Positions 29,253-39,854 of a stretch of DNA of 64,000 bases are shown here, piece by piece. The translations under genes were made by a program, and so were the position numbers. How positions within the stretch are numbered: position 1 is the first letter of the stretch; each line of letters opens with the position of its first letter. The stretch lies in contig CAVOXA010000001.1 of assembly GCA_963700285.1 (NCBI GenBank), positions 384,001 through 448,000 of the forward strand, in the 5' to 3' direction. The DNA comes from an uncultured Chloroflexia bacterium. Its GTDB lineage: Bacteria > Chloroflexota > Anaerolineae > JAAYZQ01. The notes under the pieces are model-generated. The model did not search any database. It was not told the origin of the DNA and saw only the letters and a program-made list of their open reading frames with translations.

Positions 29253-30028
29253 CTACAGCCGCCTTACGACCCAGATCTGCTCGCCGCTGTGTTCATCCAG
29301 AGGACGCCGGTCGAACCAGCCATAGACCGCCTCGACCTCGAAGCCGCAGCGGGCTAGCAGGTGTTCCATCTCCCGCGGCCAAATATAGCATAGGGTGAAG
29401 TTGCGGTAGCGTGTGGTCACGACAAAGCCTTCGCTGTCCAGTTGCTCGTAGCGGTATTGCACGTGGATGCGCTGTTGGTGGATGTCGTAGAGGTGGCTCG
29501 CCCAGACGGCCACGCGGGTACCGCCGGTCGCATCGCTGACTTCCTGCAAGTAGCTGAGCCCTTGTTTGGTCGTGGTCGTGTGCTCGGCTATCATTCTCAG
29601 GTCGGGGACGAACAGATTCAAGGCCAGCCGGCCACCAGGGTCCAGATGCTCGCCGATGTTCGTGAGGGCCTGGATCTGATCGTCGGGGTTGAGCAGGTGA
29701 AGGAACGACCGGGCGGGAATGATGGCCAGGCCAAAGCGTTCGTCCAGGCAAAAGCTGCGCATGTCGGCTTGCACCCAGCGTACCGGCAGATCGCCCAACT
29801 CCCGGCTTTTTCCCGGCCCTTGTCCAGCATCCGCACCGAACTGTCTACCCCAACAACCGGTATCCCAGCCTGGGCGATGGGCAGCGTGACGCGGCCGGTG
29901 CCGCATGCCAGTTCCAGCACCGGTGGCTGTACAGCCCTGGCCTCCTCGAGATAGAAATCCAGGTCCATCGTCGTGGTTCCATATTGCAGGTCATAAACAT
30001 CAGCAAATGTGTCGTACTCTGTCGCCAC
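29253..30028 (-). pseudogene. Class I SAM-dependent methyltransferase, split by a 1-bp frameshift near 29803 (possibly an assembly error)
   Basis: VLELACGTGR..GVDSS..REKAG in one frame; LGDLPVRWVQADMRSF..HLDPGGRL in another. Confidence 0.85.
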
Positions 30029-30138
30029 GTCTCTCCTCCGAGGATCTGCTACCAGCGTCCGTCTGCCAGCTAGCAGCCTTCAGCTTCCATCTGCTGAATC
30101 TCATGGGCTGATTGCTGATAGCCAGCAGCTAGCCGCCC

Positions 30139-31320
30139 TCAGCCTGCCATGGCCAGAGCCACACAGCCCACCGCGTTCTCTACGAGTTCGTCCAGCGATA
30201 TCCGTTCTTCCACCGTGTGGACTACCGTATCCACCCCGGGCCCAAACCCGAGAACGGTGGTGCCGGCAGCAGCAAAGTGGCCGCCGTCGGTGGCAAAGCG
30301 CCAGACGTCCACCTCTATTTCGTGGCCCAGTGCTGTCGTCAGTGTCTCCTGTGCGGCAGCCAGCCAGGGATGGTCGGCATCTGTGGTAAAGGAGGGAAAG
30401 GTGTCGGGAAAGGTCATCTGAAAGCCGGTATAGGTGGTCAATTCCTTGGTGGCGACCTCAACCCGACCCTGGCAACCGGACTCTAGGCTGCGAGCGAGCG
30501 GTGACTCCAATTTACCCAGGATTTCCGCAGGCCCTTCACCGGGGATATTGCGCCAGTCAAGCACGAGGCGGATCTCACCAGGGGTTACGTTGGCGCTTCC
30601 TGGTTCACTGACCACGCGCGTTGGAGCCACCGTCGATGCGCCATAGTCCGGGTCCGAGGCCATGTGCAGGGATCGGAGTTTGTCCACAAAGTGCATCATC
30701 GAAAAATGTGGATTGATGCCCAGGTCCGGCATGGAGGCGTGCACCGACCGTCCCTCAAAGTGGGCCAGCAGCTCTATCCTGCCCCGGTGCCCGCGGCGCA
30801 GGTGGTTGCCGCTCGCCTCGCCGACGATCGCCCTGTCCACAGGCAGGGTTCGGGCCAGGTGTCGCGCTCCCAGACCGCCCACCTCTTCCTGGACGACCGC
30901 GCTCACGTACACGTCGCCCGGTGGGCTGGCGCCCAGCTTCTTGATCAGACCCCCGGCGTAGACCATGGCCGCCAGTGCGCCCTGCATATCGGCCGCGCCC
31001 CGGCCCCACAGCTCGCCGTCGTGGATCTCACCGCCGAGCGGTGGGTAAGGCCACCGGGCCGGGTCGCCAGTTTCCACCTGGTCCATGTGCGCGTTGAACA
31101 TCAACGACGGCCCCCCGCCGCCAGGGATTCGGCCGATGACATTGCCTGCCTCGTCCACCCAGACCTCGTCGTAATCCAGGAGCCTCATTTCGGCTTCTAC
31201 CAGCGCAGCCACTTTGCCTTCCTGGCCAGACAGGCTTGGTGTCTGGATCAGTTTCTGAGCAAAGGACACCAGGCCCTGGCGATTCGCTTCTGCTAGTTTC
31301 CAGATTTCGCTTCCCTTCAT
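30139..31320 (-). CDS. M20 family metallohydrolase (ArgE/DapE/YgeY-like)
   Basis: FNAHMD, GRGAADM, QEEVG, IVGEAS, FATDG, GFGPG..HTVEE. Confidence 0.9.
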   Translation of the reverse strand: MKGSEIWKLAEANRQGLVSFAQKLIQTPSLSGQEGKVAALVEAEMRLLDYDEVWVDEAGNVIGRIPGGGGPSLMFNAHMDQVETGDPARWPYPPLGGEIHDGELWGRGAADMQGALAAMVYAGGLIKKLGASPPGDVYVSAVVQEEVGGLGARHLARTLPVDRAIVGEASGNHLRRGHRGRIELLAHFEGRSVHASMPDLGINPHFSMMHFVDKLRSLHMASDPDYGASTVAPTRVVSEPGSANVTPGEIRLVLDWRNIPGEGPAEILGKLESPLARSLESGCQGRVEVATKELTTYTGFQMTFPDTFPSFTTDADHPWLAAAQETLTTALGHEIEVDVWRFATDGGHFAAAGTTVLGFGPGVDTVVHTVEERISLDELVENAVGCVALAMAG

Positions 31321-32108
31321 TCCTGTTCCTCCAGAGTATATGAGTTGTTGTGATTGCTCGACTTCAAGTCTGTTCCCCGTAGCTGCATCCACCGCTGTCG
31401 GAGTACCAATATCAAGAAGCGGGGTAGCGCCAACTGGCGCCGCCAGCGCCACGGCTCGCGGATCAAGCGGTAGAGCCATTCCAACCCCAGCCGGCGTATC
31501 CAGACGGGCGCTCTCTTGGTGACGCCGGCCACAAAATCAAAGCTGCCCCCTACGCCGATCATAACCGGCACGCCCAATCGATCGCGGTTGCGGGCAATCC
31601 ACTTTTCCTCGGCCGGGACGCCATAGGCCACGAAGAGCAGATCCGGCGTCGTGGCGCGTACCTGAGCAATGACCTCATCCTCGTCCTCGCCGCGCGGGGT
31701 GCCGGCAAAGGTACCGGCCACGTCCAAGCCTGGATTGGCCGCCGCCAGCCGTTCGGCGACGGCTTTGGCAACACCCGGCGCCGCCCCCAGGAAAAATGGC
31801 CGGTAACCCCAGTGGGCGCAGTGGGCTGAAAGCCGGTGGATGCCGTCGGAGCCGGTCACCCGCTCCCCCAGGGAATGGCCGAGCAAGTGGGCGGCCAGAA
31901 CCAATCCCACGGCATCGGCCACGACCAGGTCGGCCCTGTTGAGCATCTGGCGGAATGCCGGATCGTCGTGGGCCGCGACCAGCATCTCTGTGTTGAGCGT
32001 GACGATCTGATGGGGCTGGCCGCTGGCCACGTAGGCGTCTACGCGCTTCATAAGCTCGTCGTAGCCCATGTCGTCCACGCGCACGCCCAAGATCTCAACC
32101 TGGCTCAT
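31317..32108 (-). CDS. WecB/TagA/CpsF family glycosyltransferase
   Basis: ILGVRVD, ERVTGSD, LFVAYGVPAEE, GVGGSFDF..RAP..GLEWLYRL..EPWRWRR. Confidence 0.92.
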   Translation of the reverse strand: MSQVEILGVRVDDMGYDELMKRVDAYVASGQPHQIVTLNTEMLVAAHDDPAFRQMLNRADLVVADAVGLVLAAHLLGHSLGERVTGSDGIHRLSAHCAHWGYRPFFLGAAPGVAKAVAERLAAANPGLDVAGTFAGTPRGEDEDEVIAQVRATTPDLLFVAYGVPAEEKWIARNRDRLGVPVMIGVGGSFDFVAGVTKRAPVWIRRLGLEWLYRLIREPWRWRRQLALPRFLILVLRQRWMQLRGTDLKSSNHNNSYTLEEQE

Positions 32109-33247
32109 GCACCAGCTCCGCTGCTCCCGGCGATTTTATCGAATACTTGGAGTGTTTCTTGGGCACAGCGCCGCCACGAAAAGCGCTCGATCTGCCGGTA
32201 TCCGCGCGCCACCAATTCGCGACCCAGACCATCGTCTGTTATTACGTCATGCAATGCCTGTGCCAGGACCTCTATGTCCAATGGATCTACCAGGAGCGCC
32301 GCATCTCCGGCCACCTCGGGTAGGGACGAAACATTGGAACAGATTACAGGCGTTCCGCAGGCCATCGCCTCCAGGACAGGGAGACCAAAGCCTTCGTACA
32401 GACTGGGGTAGACAAAGGCCCGCGCCCCACTCAGTAGGGCGGCCAGATCGTCCCGGGGCACGTAACCGGTCAGGAGTACCCGATCCGCCAGGCCCAGTCT
32501 GCGAACTTTGCTCAGAAGTTCGTCATAGAGCCAGCCCTTCTGCCCGGCCAGTACAAGCTGGAGATTGGAGATGGGCGACTGGAAACCGGAGACCGGGGAT
32601 TGGACAATCATGTTGAAAGCCTGGACGAGGCGGACCAGGTTCTTGCGTGGGTGAAGGGTGCCAACATAGAGGAGGTACGATTCGTTCAGGCCGTAGCGGG
32701 CGCGAACGCCGGCAACGGTAGCCGGATCGCTGATTTGAGTCAAGGTCTCGTCCCGGCCGGGATAGACGACGCTGATCTTTTCCTCAGAGATCTGGCAATG
32801 ACGTACGAGATCTTGGCGCGTGGCTTCCGAGTCAGCCAGTATGGCGGCGGCAGAGCGGGCATTGAAGCGTGTAGACCAGCGCAGGTAGGCGTTCTGGGAT
32901 AAGGTGTGCGCCTCCGGATAGTAAAGATACCCCAGGTCATGTACTGTGACGACACTGCATCGAGGATGAACGAGTGGCAGTACGTGCGATGGAACAAAGA
33001 GGAGATCCGGCGCATGCCTGAACATCTCCCATGAGAGACGTAGGTGGGTCCATAGCCGGGTGAAAGGGAACACCCTGTGCTCCGTTTTGTCCGGAAAAAG
33101 ACCTGGGGGCGGCGCCTGATTGAAATAGAGCCTGAAACGATGCCCCGTGGTCGAGGCAAGAAGCTCCCTGATCAGGTACAGGGAATAGTTCTCAGTACCC
33201 GTGCGCCGTCCAGCCGTCGACCGGCTGGCATCAATGCCGATGAGCAT
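32105..33247 (-). CDS. GT4 family glycosyltransferase
   Basis: IGIDAS, VTVHDL, VGTLHPRKN, YEGFGLPVLEAMACGTPV. Confidence 0.93.
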   Translation of the reverse strand: MLIGIDASRSTAGRRTGTENYSLYLIRELLASTTGHRFRLYFNQAPPPGLFPDKTEHRVFPFTRLWTHLRLSWEMFRHAPDLLFVPSHVLPLVHPRCSVVTVHDLGYLYYPEAHTLSQNAYLRWSTRFNARSAAAILADSEATRQDLVRHCQISEEKISVVYPGRDETLTQISDPATVAGVRARYGLNESYLLYVGTLHPRKNLVRLVQAFNMIVQSPVSGFQSPISNLQLVLAGQKGWLYDELLSKVRRLGLADRVLLTGYVPRDDLAALLSGARAFVYPSLYEGFGLPVLEAMACGTPVICSNVSSLPEVAGDAALLVDPLDIEVLAQALHDVITDDGLGRELVARGYRQIERFSWRRCAQETLQVFDKIAGSSGAGA

Positions 33248-33338
33248 CTAGTCCTGCGCACCGAGCCCGTGACATGGCACGTCTTGCCTCCTGGGTGAGT
33301 AGCCCGTTTGTTTGGCACGTATTGCGTCGCGCTGGGGT

Positions 33339-33367
33339 ATTATAGCACGATCCAGAGGGGGCGTCAA
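33339..33367 (-). promoter_or_regulatory. sigma70 promoter for the GT4-WecB-M20 operon
   Basis: Minus strand TTGACG-17 nt-TATAAT. Confidence 0.7.
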
Positions 33368-33523
33368 TCAGATCCGTTCTGGCAAAGAAGAAATGTGAAA
33401 CGCACGATACGACGACCTGCGCAACCTGTGGAGAAGCAGAAAGACGCAGACCTACCGCAGAATACGTGAGTCCAGGGCGGATCCAGCTCAGGCCTGCCGG
33501 GTATTGCCCAGTTGTGGAGCCTC

Positions 33524-34198
33524 CTATTCCAAACTGGATGGTCTGGTGGGCGCCAAAGGCACGAGGCATGCCAGCTGTTCAGCTTTCACCGGACCGGCTC
33601 GCAATATGGCCGGTGGCCAGACGGTCAGGTCCAACACAGTGGAGGCCATACCACCCGGGCAGGCCCCGCCGTCGAGCAGGAGAGGAATGCGCCCCCCTAA
33701 CATGACCTGCACTTGGTCGGCGGTGGTAGGGGGCGGCTGGCCGTGTAGATTGGCGCTCGTGGCTGCCAGGGGGACCCCTATACGGCGACAAACATCTTGT
33801 ACAAAAGGATGGTCGGGCACGCGCACAGCCACCGTTGCTCCTCCAGCAGTCACCAGATCGGGAACTGCGTCTGACCGGTACAATACCAGGCTGAGACCGC
33901 CCGGCCAGAAACGCTCAGCGATCTGCCAGGCTACCGCCGGAATGTCGGTGCAGACCGCTTCCATCTCGCGCGCATCCGGCAACAACAGGGGAACAGGCAG
34001 ATCCACCGGACGCTCCTTTACCCCATAGAGTTGTTCTACTGCTTCTTCCAGGAATCCGTGAGCGCCGACGCCATAGACGGTGTCCGTCGGAAAAGCAATC
34101 ACAGTTCCCCGGCACAGTTCTTCCGCTGCCCGTTCCAGGGCGCCGGGCGCTAGAATGGAGATCCTACTGGTCTCAACCACGTGCTTGCTCCTGGCCAT
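33524..34198 (-). CDS. tsaC: L-threonylcarbamoyladenylate synthase (Sua5/YrdC)
   Basis: FPTDTVYG, KER, FWPGGL, AVRVPDH, ATSAN, STVLD; start approximate. Confidence 0.9.
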   Translation of the reverse strand: MARSKHVVETSRISILAPGALERAAEELCRGTVIAFPTDTVYGVGAHGFLEEAVEQLYGVKERPVDLPVPLLLPDAREMEAVCTDIPAVAWQIAERFWPGGLSLVLYRSDAVPDLVTAGGATVAVRVPDHPFVQDVCRRIGVPLAATSANLHGQPPPTTADQVQVMLGGRIPLLLDGGACPGGMASTVLDLTVWPPAILRAGPVKAEQLACLVPLAPTRPSSLE

Positions 34199-34541
34199 AC
34201 TCGACGATGGCCTGTGTCCCTGCTCCATGCTCTGACATTGTACATGCGATCTTGCAAGGGGTCAATACTGACTAAGGGGTCCGAAGTCCGGCAAAAACCT
34301 TCACGTTCGTCCAACCTTCGTGAAATTCGTGCAATTCGTGGCAAAGAAAGGAACTCGATGGACGGCTTTCTCGCCGCCTGCATCATCGGCGACAGCAACA
34401 CCCCTGTCGAAAAAGCTCTCGCTGCTTCAACGCTTCTGCATATTTCCTTCAACACTTTTTCACATACTTGCGCTACACTGGTGGCAGAATTCGGATGGGG
34501 TCTCCCCATCCAACCAAATCCTACAGTGCGTTTGGAGGTAC

Positions 34542-35168
34542 ATGATGTTGAAGAAAGCTTTGAGAATCGGAGTGATTGTGCTGGTTGGGATTCTCGTCGT
34601 TGGCGCCATTACAGCCTGGGCTCTCCCCAGTGCGACAGAGACAGCGTACCTTGGCCCTCAGAATCCGGGCCAGGGGGCGGGTCAAAGGGGGCAAGGTCCT
34701 GGTACAGGCTCTGGTAACCCGGGCGACCTGAGCGAGTCAGAGGTGGAAGCTCTGCGCATGGCCCTGGACGATGAGTACAAGGCCTGGTCCGTCTATGACC
34801 AGGTACTCGTGGACTTTGGTCCGGTATGGCCCTTTGCCAGCATCCAGCAGGCCGAGGAGGCCCACATTGCCGCCCTGGTCCGGCTGTTCGACCGCTACGG
34901 GCTGGCTGTGCCGGAGAACCCCTGGCCAGGCAGCGTGCCCACTTATGAAACGGTGACCGATGCGTGTGCAGCGGGCGTCCAGGCCGAGATCGACAATGCA
35001 GCGCTCTACGATCAACTGTTCAGTATGGTCGACAACCCGGACATTGTCCGCGTCTTTACCAACCTGCAGCAGGCGTCGCTGACCAAGCATCTGCCCGCAT
35101 TCGAGCAGTGCGCGGATCAGGAGCCAGCGGGCGAGAGCCAGTCGTTCCTGCCAGCCCTTGCTCAATGA
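34542..35168 (+). CDS. Secreted/membrane-anchored ferritin-like (DUF2202-like) protein
   Basis: Signal/TM, Gly-rich linker, DEYKA..EEAH..EIDN..HLPAF; RBS GGAGG. Confidence 0.75.
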   Translation: MMLKKALRIGVIVLVGILVVGAITAWALPSATETAYLGPQNPGQGAGQRGQGPGTGSGNPGDLSESEVEALRMALDDEYKAWSVYDQVLVDFGPVWPFASIQQAEEAHIAALVRLFDRYGLAVPENPWPGSVPTYETVTDACAAGVQAEIDNAALYDQLFSMVDNPDIVRVFTNLQQASLTKHLPAFEQCADQEPAGESQSFLPALAQ

Positions 35169-35217
35169 GAGACAGGCGACCGCGAACAAGGCGGTCCTGG
35201 AGTTAGGACGGAAGTTT

Positions 35218-35248
35218 GAGCCTCCGGTTTCTATGCAGCCGGAGGCTC
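35218..35248 (+). terminator. Hairpin downstream of the DUF2202-like gene
   Basis: GAGCCTCCGGTT-TCTATGC-AGCCGGAGGCTC; no U-tract on the + strand. Confidence 0.45.
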
Positions 35249-35324
35249 GCCATGCCCTTGGCCTGCTACTTGACACGGCAGGCCTCTTGAGGTATTCTGG
35301 ATCCAGGTTGAGAGAGGTTGTGGA

Positions 35325-36014
35325 ATGAGTGGAGAAACGATCCTGGTGGTAGATGACGAGCCCAAGCTCGTCAAGACCGTGCGCGCGTATCTGGAGAACG
35401 CTGGATTCCGGGTGGTGACGGCCGGCGACGGCCAGATGGCGCTGACCGTCTACCGTCATGAGAAACCCGCCCTGGTGATCCTGGATCTGGGGCTGCCGGG
35501 GATGGACGGGTTGGACGTGGCCCGTTCCCTGCGCCGGGACAGCAACGTGCCCATCATCATGCTCACGGCCCGGGTAGACGAAACCGACAAGTTGATCGGC
35601 CTGGAGCTGGGTGCCGATGACTATGTGACCAAGCCCTTCAGCCCCCGCGAACTGGTGGCCCGGGTACGGGCTGTACTGCGCCGTACGGGCGGCGAGCGGG
35701 AGCAACCCCAGGCGCCCATCGTCGCTGGTGACGTTCAAGTGGATTTGGAGCGCCGCCAGGCCACCGTCGGTGGAAAGCCGGTTGAGTTGACCCCCACCGA
35801 GTTTGAGTTGCTGGTCGTCCTGGCCCGCCATCCGGGTCGCGTCTTCAGCCGGCTGGAGTTGCTGGACCGGGTGCAGGGCTATGCTTTCGAGGGCTATGAG
35901 CGGACGGTGGATGCCCATGTCAAGAACCTGCGCCAAAAGATCGAGCCCGACCCCAAGGAGCCGCGCTACGTGCTCACCGTCTATGGCGTGGGCTACCGGT
36001 TCAGTGAAGCGTGA
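35325..36014 (+). CDS. OmpR-family response regulator
   Basis: VVDDE, ILDLGLPGMDG, GADDYVTKPF, winged helix with TVYGVGY. Confidence 0.95.
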   Translation: MSGETILVVDDEPKLVKTVRAYLENAGFRVVTAGDGQMALTVYRHEKPALVILDLGLPGMDGLDVARSLRRDSNVPIIMLTARVDETDKLIGLELGADDYVTKPFSPRELVARVRAVLRRTGGEREQPQAPIVAGDVQVDLERRQATVGGKPVELTPTEFELLVVLARHPGRVFSRLELLDRVQGYAFEGYERTVDAHVKNLRQKIEPDPKEPRYVLTVYGVGYRFSEA

Positions 36015-36026
36015 GAGAGCTACAAG

Positions 36027-37511
36027 TTGAGCTATGAAAACTCGGGGCACACGACTGGAGCCAGTACACCCTCCGTCGATCCTAGAACCTCAAGCCTCGA
36101 ACCCCGTACTTTGAACCTAAACCACCTGTGGGTGAAACTGCTGGCCGCCTTCATGTTGGTGGCCCTGGTGGCGGTGGGGGTGGTGGCTCTACTGGCCAAC
36201 CGGGCTACGACGCAGCAGTTCCGTCTCTATGTCAGCCTGGGGCGGCAGATGCGCACCGAACGACTGGCGCCCGAGTTCGTCGCTTACTATTCCCTGAACG
36301 GCGGTTGGGATGGCGTGGCGGAGTGGATGGCTGCTCTGAGCCAGCTTCAGAGTGGCGGGCGGGGGCAGGGACAGGGGTTGGGCCGGGGCAGGCTCAGTGA
36401 GGGTGACCGGCTACTGCTGGCCGGCGTCGATGGGCAGATACTGGCTGATACCCAGGGCGAGCTGCTGGGCCAGCGACTCTCAAGCGCAGACCTGGCTGCC
36501 GGCGTGCCCATCGAGGTGGGAGGCCAGCGTGTCGGGACCTTGTTTATCCCGGCGGCAGATGGCGTGTACGAATCGCTGGAGGCCGAATTCCTGGGCCGGA
36601 TCAACGATTGGTTGCTGTGGGCAGGGTTGGCTGCTGGCGCTGTTGCGTTGGTCCTGGGCTTGCTGTTGGCGCGACAGCTCACCGCACCCCTCCGGTCGCT
36701 GACCTCTGCAGCTCTACGGCTGGCACAAGGACCGCTGAGCCAGTATTCCCAGGAAGACGTCCCGCAGGTTCCTGTTCGCAGCCAGGATGAGGTGGGCGAA
36801 CTAAGCCAGGCATTCAATCAGATGGCCTGTTCGCTGGCCCAGCAAGAGACGCTGCGCCGCAACCTAATGGCTGATGTCGCCCACGAGCTTCGCAACCCGC
36901 TAAGCGTGATGCGCGGCGATCTGGAGGCATTGCTCGACGGCGTGTACGAACCAAAGCCCGAGGTTCTGGCCTCGTTGCACGAAGAGACGCTGCTCCTGTC
37001 GCGCTTGGTCGACGACCTGCGAGCGCTGGCCCAGGCGGAGGCGGGGCAGTTGCGGCTGGAACGCCAGCCCACGGATCTTGCGGATCTGCTCGGTGGGGTC
37101 ACAGCCAGTTTTGACCTCCAGGCAGAAAGCAAGAGGCAGACCCTGACCTTGGATCTGCCCCCGGATTTGCCTTTCGTCGACGCCGACCCGCAACGCGTGC
37201 GACAGGTGGTCGCCAACCTCGTTTCCAATGCTCTGCGCCATACGCCAGAGGATGGGCAGTTGGTCGTTTCGGCTCTCGAACTGCCGGACGAAGTGCAGGT
37301 GTCGGTAGTGGACAACGGGCCGGGCATTCCCCCGGACGACATTCCCCACGTCTTTGACCGCTTCTGGCAGGGCGACCGGGCCCGTGCCGGGAGCAGCGGC
37401 CTGGGGCTGGCCATCGCCCGGGAGCTGGTCCGTGCTCACGGCGGGCGGATCTGGGTCGAAAGCACAGCGGGCCAGGGAACAACCTTCCGATTCACACTGC
37501 CCCAGAGCTAG
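36027..37511 (+). CDS. HAMP sensor histidine kinase (BaeS-like)
   Basis: Two TMs, HAMP, VAHELRNPL, NLVSNALRH, DNGPGI, GLGLAI; start uncertain. Confidence 0.93.
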   Translation: MSYENSGHTTGASTPSVDPRTSSLEPRTLNLNHLWVKLLAAFMLVALVAVGVVALLANRATTQQFRLYVSLGRQMRTERLAPEFVAYYSLNGGWDGVAEWMAALSQLQSGGRGQGQGLGRGRLSEGDRLLLAGVDGQILADTQGELLGQRLSSADLAAGVPIEVGGQRVGTLFIPAADGVYESLEAEFLGRINDWLLWAGLAAGAVALVLGLLLARQLTAPLRSLTSAALRLAQGPLSQYSQEDVPQVPVRSQDEVGELSQAFNQMACSLAQQETLRRNLMADVAHELRNPLSVMRGDLEALLDGVYEPKPEVLASLHEETLLLSRLVDDLRALAQAEAGQLRLERQPTDLADLLGGVTASFDLQAESKRQTLTLDLPPDLPFVDADPQRVRQVVANLVSNALRHTPEDGQLVVSALELPDEVQVSVVDNGPGIPPDDIPHVFDRFWQGDRARAGSSGLGLAIARELVRAHGGRIWVESTAGQGTTFRFTLPQS

Positions 37512-37581
37512 CGAGTAGAAAATCAACGTTCCCCGTTGACCTGCTTTACGGCCGCCGATCCCTGGCTGTCCACTCTGCTTT

Positions 37582-38865
37582 CTAGACCTTTCGGAAGGCG
37601 TTCTGGGCCGCTGCGATGGTGGCGTCAATCACGTCGGCCGTGTGGGCGGTACTTGTGAACCCTGCCTCGTACTGCGACGGGGCCAGGTAGACGCCCGCTC
37701 CGAGCATGGCCTGGAAGAACCGGCCAAAGCCGGCGGTATCGCTCTTTGTGGCGCTGGAGTAGTCGGTCACCGCGCCGTCAGCAAAGTAGGTGCAGAACAT
37801 GGTGCCGACCCGCGTCTGGTATACGGATACGCCTGCTTCCTCAGCCGCCTGTCCAACACCGGCACAGAGTCGCTCAGTCTGATCGACCATCTGCTCAAAG
37901 GCACCTGGCTTTCGCAGCTCTTTCAGGGTGACCAGCCCGGCGGTCATGGCCAGCGGATTGCCCGAGAGGGTTCCTGCCTGGTACATCGGTCCCGCGGGAG
38001 CCACCATCTCCATGACTTCTCGCTTGCCGGCGTAGGCTCCCACCGGCAGTCCGCCGCCAATCACTTTACCCAGCGTCGTCAGATCGGGATCAATCCCATA
38101 CAGTTCTTGCGCTCCACCCAGAGCCACCCGGAAACCGGTCATCACCTCGTCAAACACGAGCAAGGCACCATGGGCCGAGGTCAATTCCCGCAAGCCTGCC
38201 AGGAAGCCGTCGACGGGCGGCACGACGCCCATGTTGCCCGCCACCGGTTCGATGATGACCGCCGCGATCTCTTCTGGAAATCGCTGGAACAGGTCCTTGA
38301 CGGCGGCCAGGTCGTTGAAGGGTGCCGTCAGGGTGTCCTGCGTAGCGCCAGGGGGTACGCCTGGGCTGTCGGGCAGGCCTAGCGTGGCCACGCCCGAGCC
38401 GGCTTGTACCAGGAGCATGTCAGCGTGGCCGTGATAACAGCCCTCAAACTTGACGATTTTGTGACGGCCAGTGTAGGCGCGCGCCAGGCGCAGGGCGGTC
38501 ATGGTCGCCTCGGTGCCAGAGTTGACAAAACGTACCATCTCAACACTGGGTACCATCTCCACAACCAGCTCGGCCAGTTCGGTTTCCAGGGAAGTTGGTG
38601 CCCCGTAGCTGGTCCCCCGGGCCGCAGCCACAGCCAGTGCCTCTACGACGGCCGGATAGGCGTGGCCCAGGATCAGCGGGCCCCACGACAGCACATAGTC
38701 GATGTACCGGTTGCCGTCCGCATCCCACAAGTAGGCGCCCTCGCCCCGGGCGATGAAAGGCGGCTCGCCACCCACAGCGCGGTAGGCCCGTACCGGGCTG
38801 TCTACACCGCCAGGAATGACCCGCCGTGCAGCAGCCAACAATTCTCCAGATTTCGTCAAGTTCAT
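37582..38865 (-). CDS. hemL: Glutamate-1-semialdehyde 2,1-aminomutase
   Basis: [44 protein letters not shown]. Confidence 0.97.
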   Translation of the reverse strand: MNLTKSGELLAAARRVIPGGVDSPVRAYRAVGGEPPFIARGEGAYLWDADGNRYIDYVLSWGPLILGHAYPAVVEALAVAAARGTSYGAPTSLETELAELVVEMVPSVEMVRFVNSGTEATMTALRLARAYTGRHKIVKFEGCYHGHADMLLVQAGSGVATLGLPDSPGVPPGATQDTLTAPFNDLAAVKDLFQRFPEEIAAVIIEPVAGNMGVVPPVDGFLAGLRELTSAHGALLVFDEVMTGFRVALGGAQELYGIDPDLTTLGKVIGGGLPVGAYAGKREVMEMVAPAGPMYQAGTLSGNPLAMTAGLVTLKELRKPGAFEQMVDQTERLCAGVGQAAEEAGVSVYQTRVGTMFCTYFADGAVTDYSSATKSDTAGFGRFFQAMLGAGVYLAPSQYEAGFTSTAHTADVIDATIAAAQNAFRKV

Positions 38866-39854
38866 GCTTCCTCCTCGAAGTAGCGTACGCGTTCCTTTTT
38901 GAATTCATGGGTGCTGAACAGCACTTCAAACTGTTCGATGCCTGTTTCCTGGGCTAATTGGGTGACGACTGCCTCGACCTCGTCCACCGTCTGCCCGTGG
39001 ATCATGGTGAAAAGTGAATAGGGCCAGTGAGGTGGGTAGGCAGGACGCTGGTAGCAGTGGCTTATCTGAGGATATTCGGCAGCCCGGTGCCCCATCTGTT
39101 CAATTTGTGGCTGCGAGACTACCCAACATGCCATGCCATTGGCCCTGTAGCCCACCTTCCGGTGGCGCAGAACCGCGCCGAAGCGGCGCATGATGCCAGC
39201 GGCCTCCAACTCCCACGCTTGGGCTAACAACTCCTCCTCGCTCGTACGAATCCATCTGGCGGGCTCGATGAAGGGGCGCGAGACCAGTTCCAGATCTCTT
39301 TGTAGCGCCCGCACGTAGGGGATGTCAGCCGTCGTGAAACGCCGGCCATCTGATGCGGATCCAGCGGGCTCGGCCGGCATCGTGGGTGCGGCTTCTGGGA
39401 TCATCTTGAAATGCGTTTTGATCTTGAACACCCGCAGGGCTGGTAGGTCAAGCCAGTCATCCACCCCGGCCTGGCGAGCTATGCGCTCGATCGCCGGCGC
39501 CAGCCCCTTTCCTGGTGGGATGGCCAGTGTGAACCACAGGTTGTAGTGATGGGGCCGTGCATAGTTGTGACTCACACCTGGATGAGCATTGACCAGAGCA
39601 GCAGCCTTTTCCAGTCCATCGCTTGCTACGTGGAAGGCGACCAGGGTCGTCTGGTAGCCCAGCCGCCGGGTGTCAAAGATGGCGCTGATCTCGCGGATCA
39701 TGCCCGCCGCTTTCAGCATCTGGATGCGTTCAAGTACCTCGGCCTCTTTGAGATCGGCGTCTTGAGCCAGGGATGCAAAGGGGCGCTGTACCAGGGGAAA
39801 CTGGGCTTGCAGCCGCTCCAACAGTGAGCGGTCCAGGGCATCGAGATTGGTCAT
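38862..39854 (-). CDS. ahbAB: Siroheme decarboxylase, fused AhbA-AhbB (NirDL/GH-like)
   Basis: Two Lrp/AsnC-like halves: VSHNYAR..YNLWFT and [19 protein letters not shown]; operon context. Confidence 0.88.
   Translation of the reverse strand: MTNLDALDRSLLERLQAQFPLVQRPFASLAQDADLKEAEVLERIQMLKAAGMIREISAIFDTRRLGYQTTLVAFHVASDGLEKAAALVNAHPGVSHNYARPHHYNLWFTLAIPPGKGLAPAIERIARQAGVDDWLDLPALRVFKIKTHFKMIPEAAPTMPAEPAGSASDGRRFTTADIPYVRALQRDLELVSRPFIEPARWIRTSEEELLAQAWELEAAGIMRRFGAVLRHRKVGYRANGMACWVVSQPQIEQMGHRAAEYPQISHCYQRPAYPPHWPYSLFTMIHGQTVDEVEAVVTQLAQETGIEQFEVLFSTHEFKKERVRYFEEEA

Noticed and set aside
27812-29325. Long alternative ORFs (498 aa on +, 430 aa on -) overlapping the ATPase
   Set aside because: Shadow ORFs typical of high-GC DNA with no recognisable motifs; the same applies to 34737-36050, 54897-56057 and 9547-10602.
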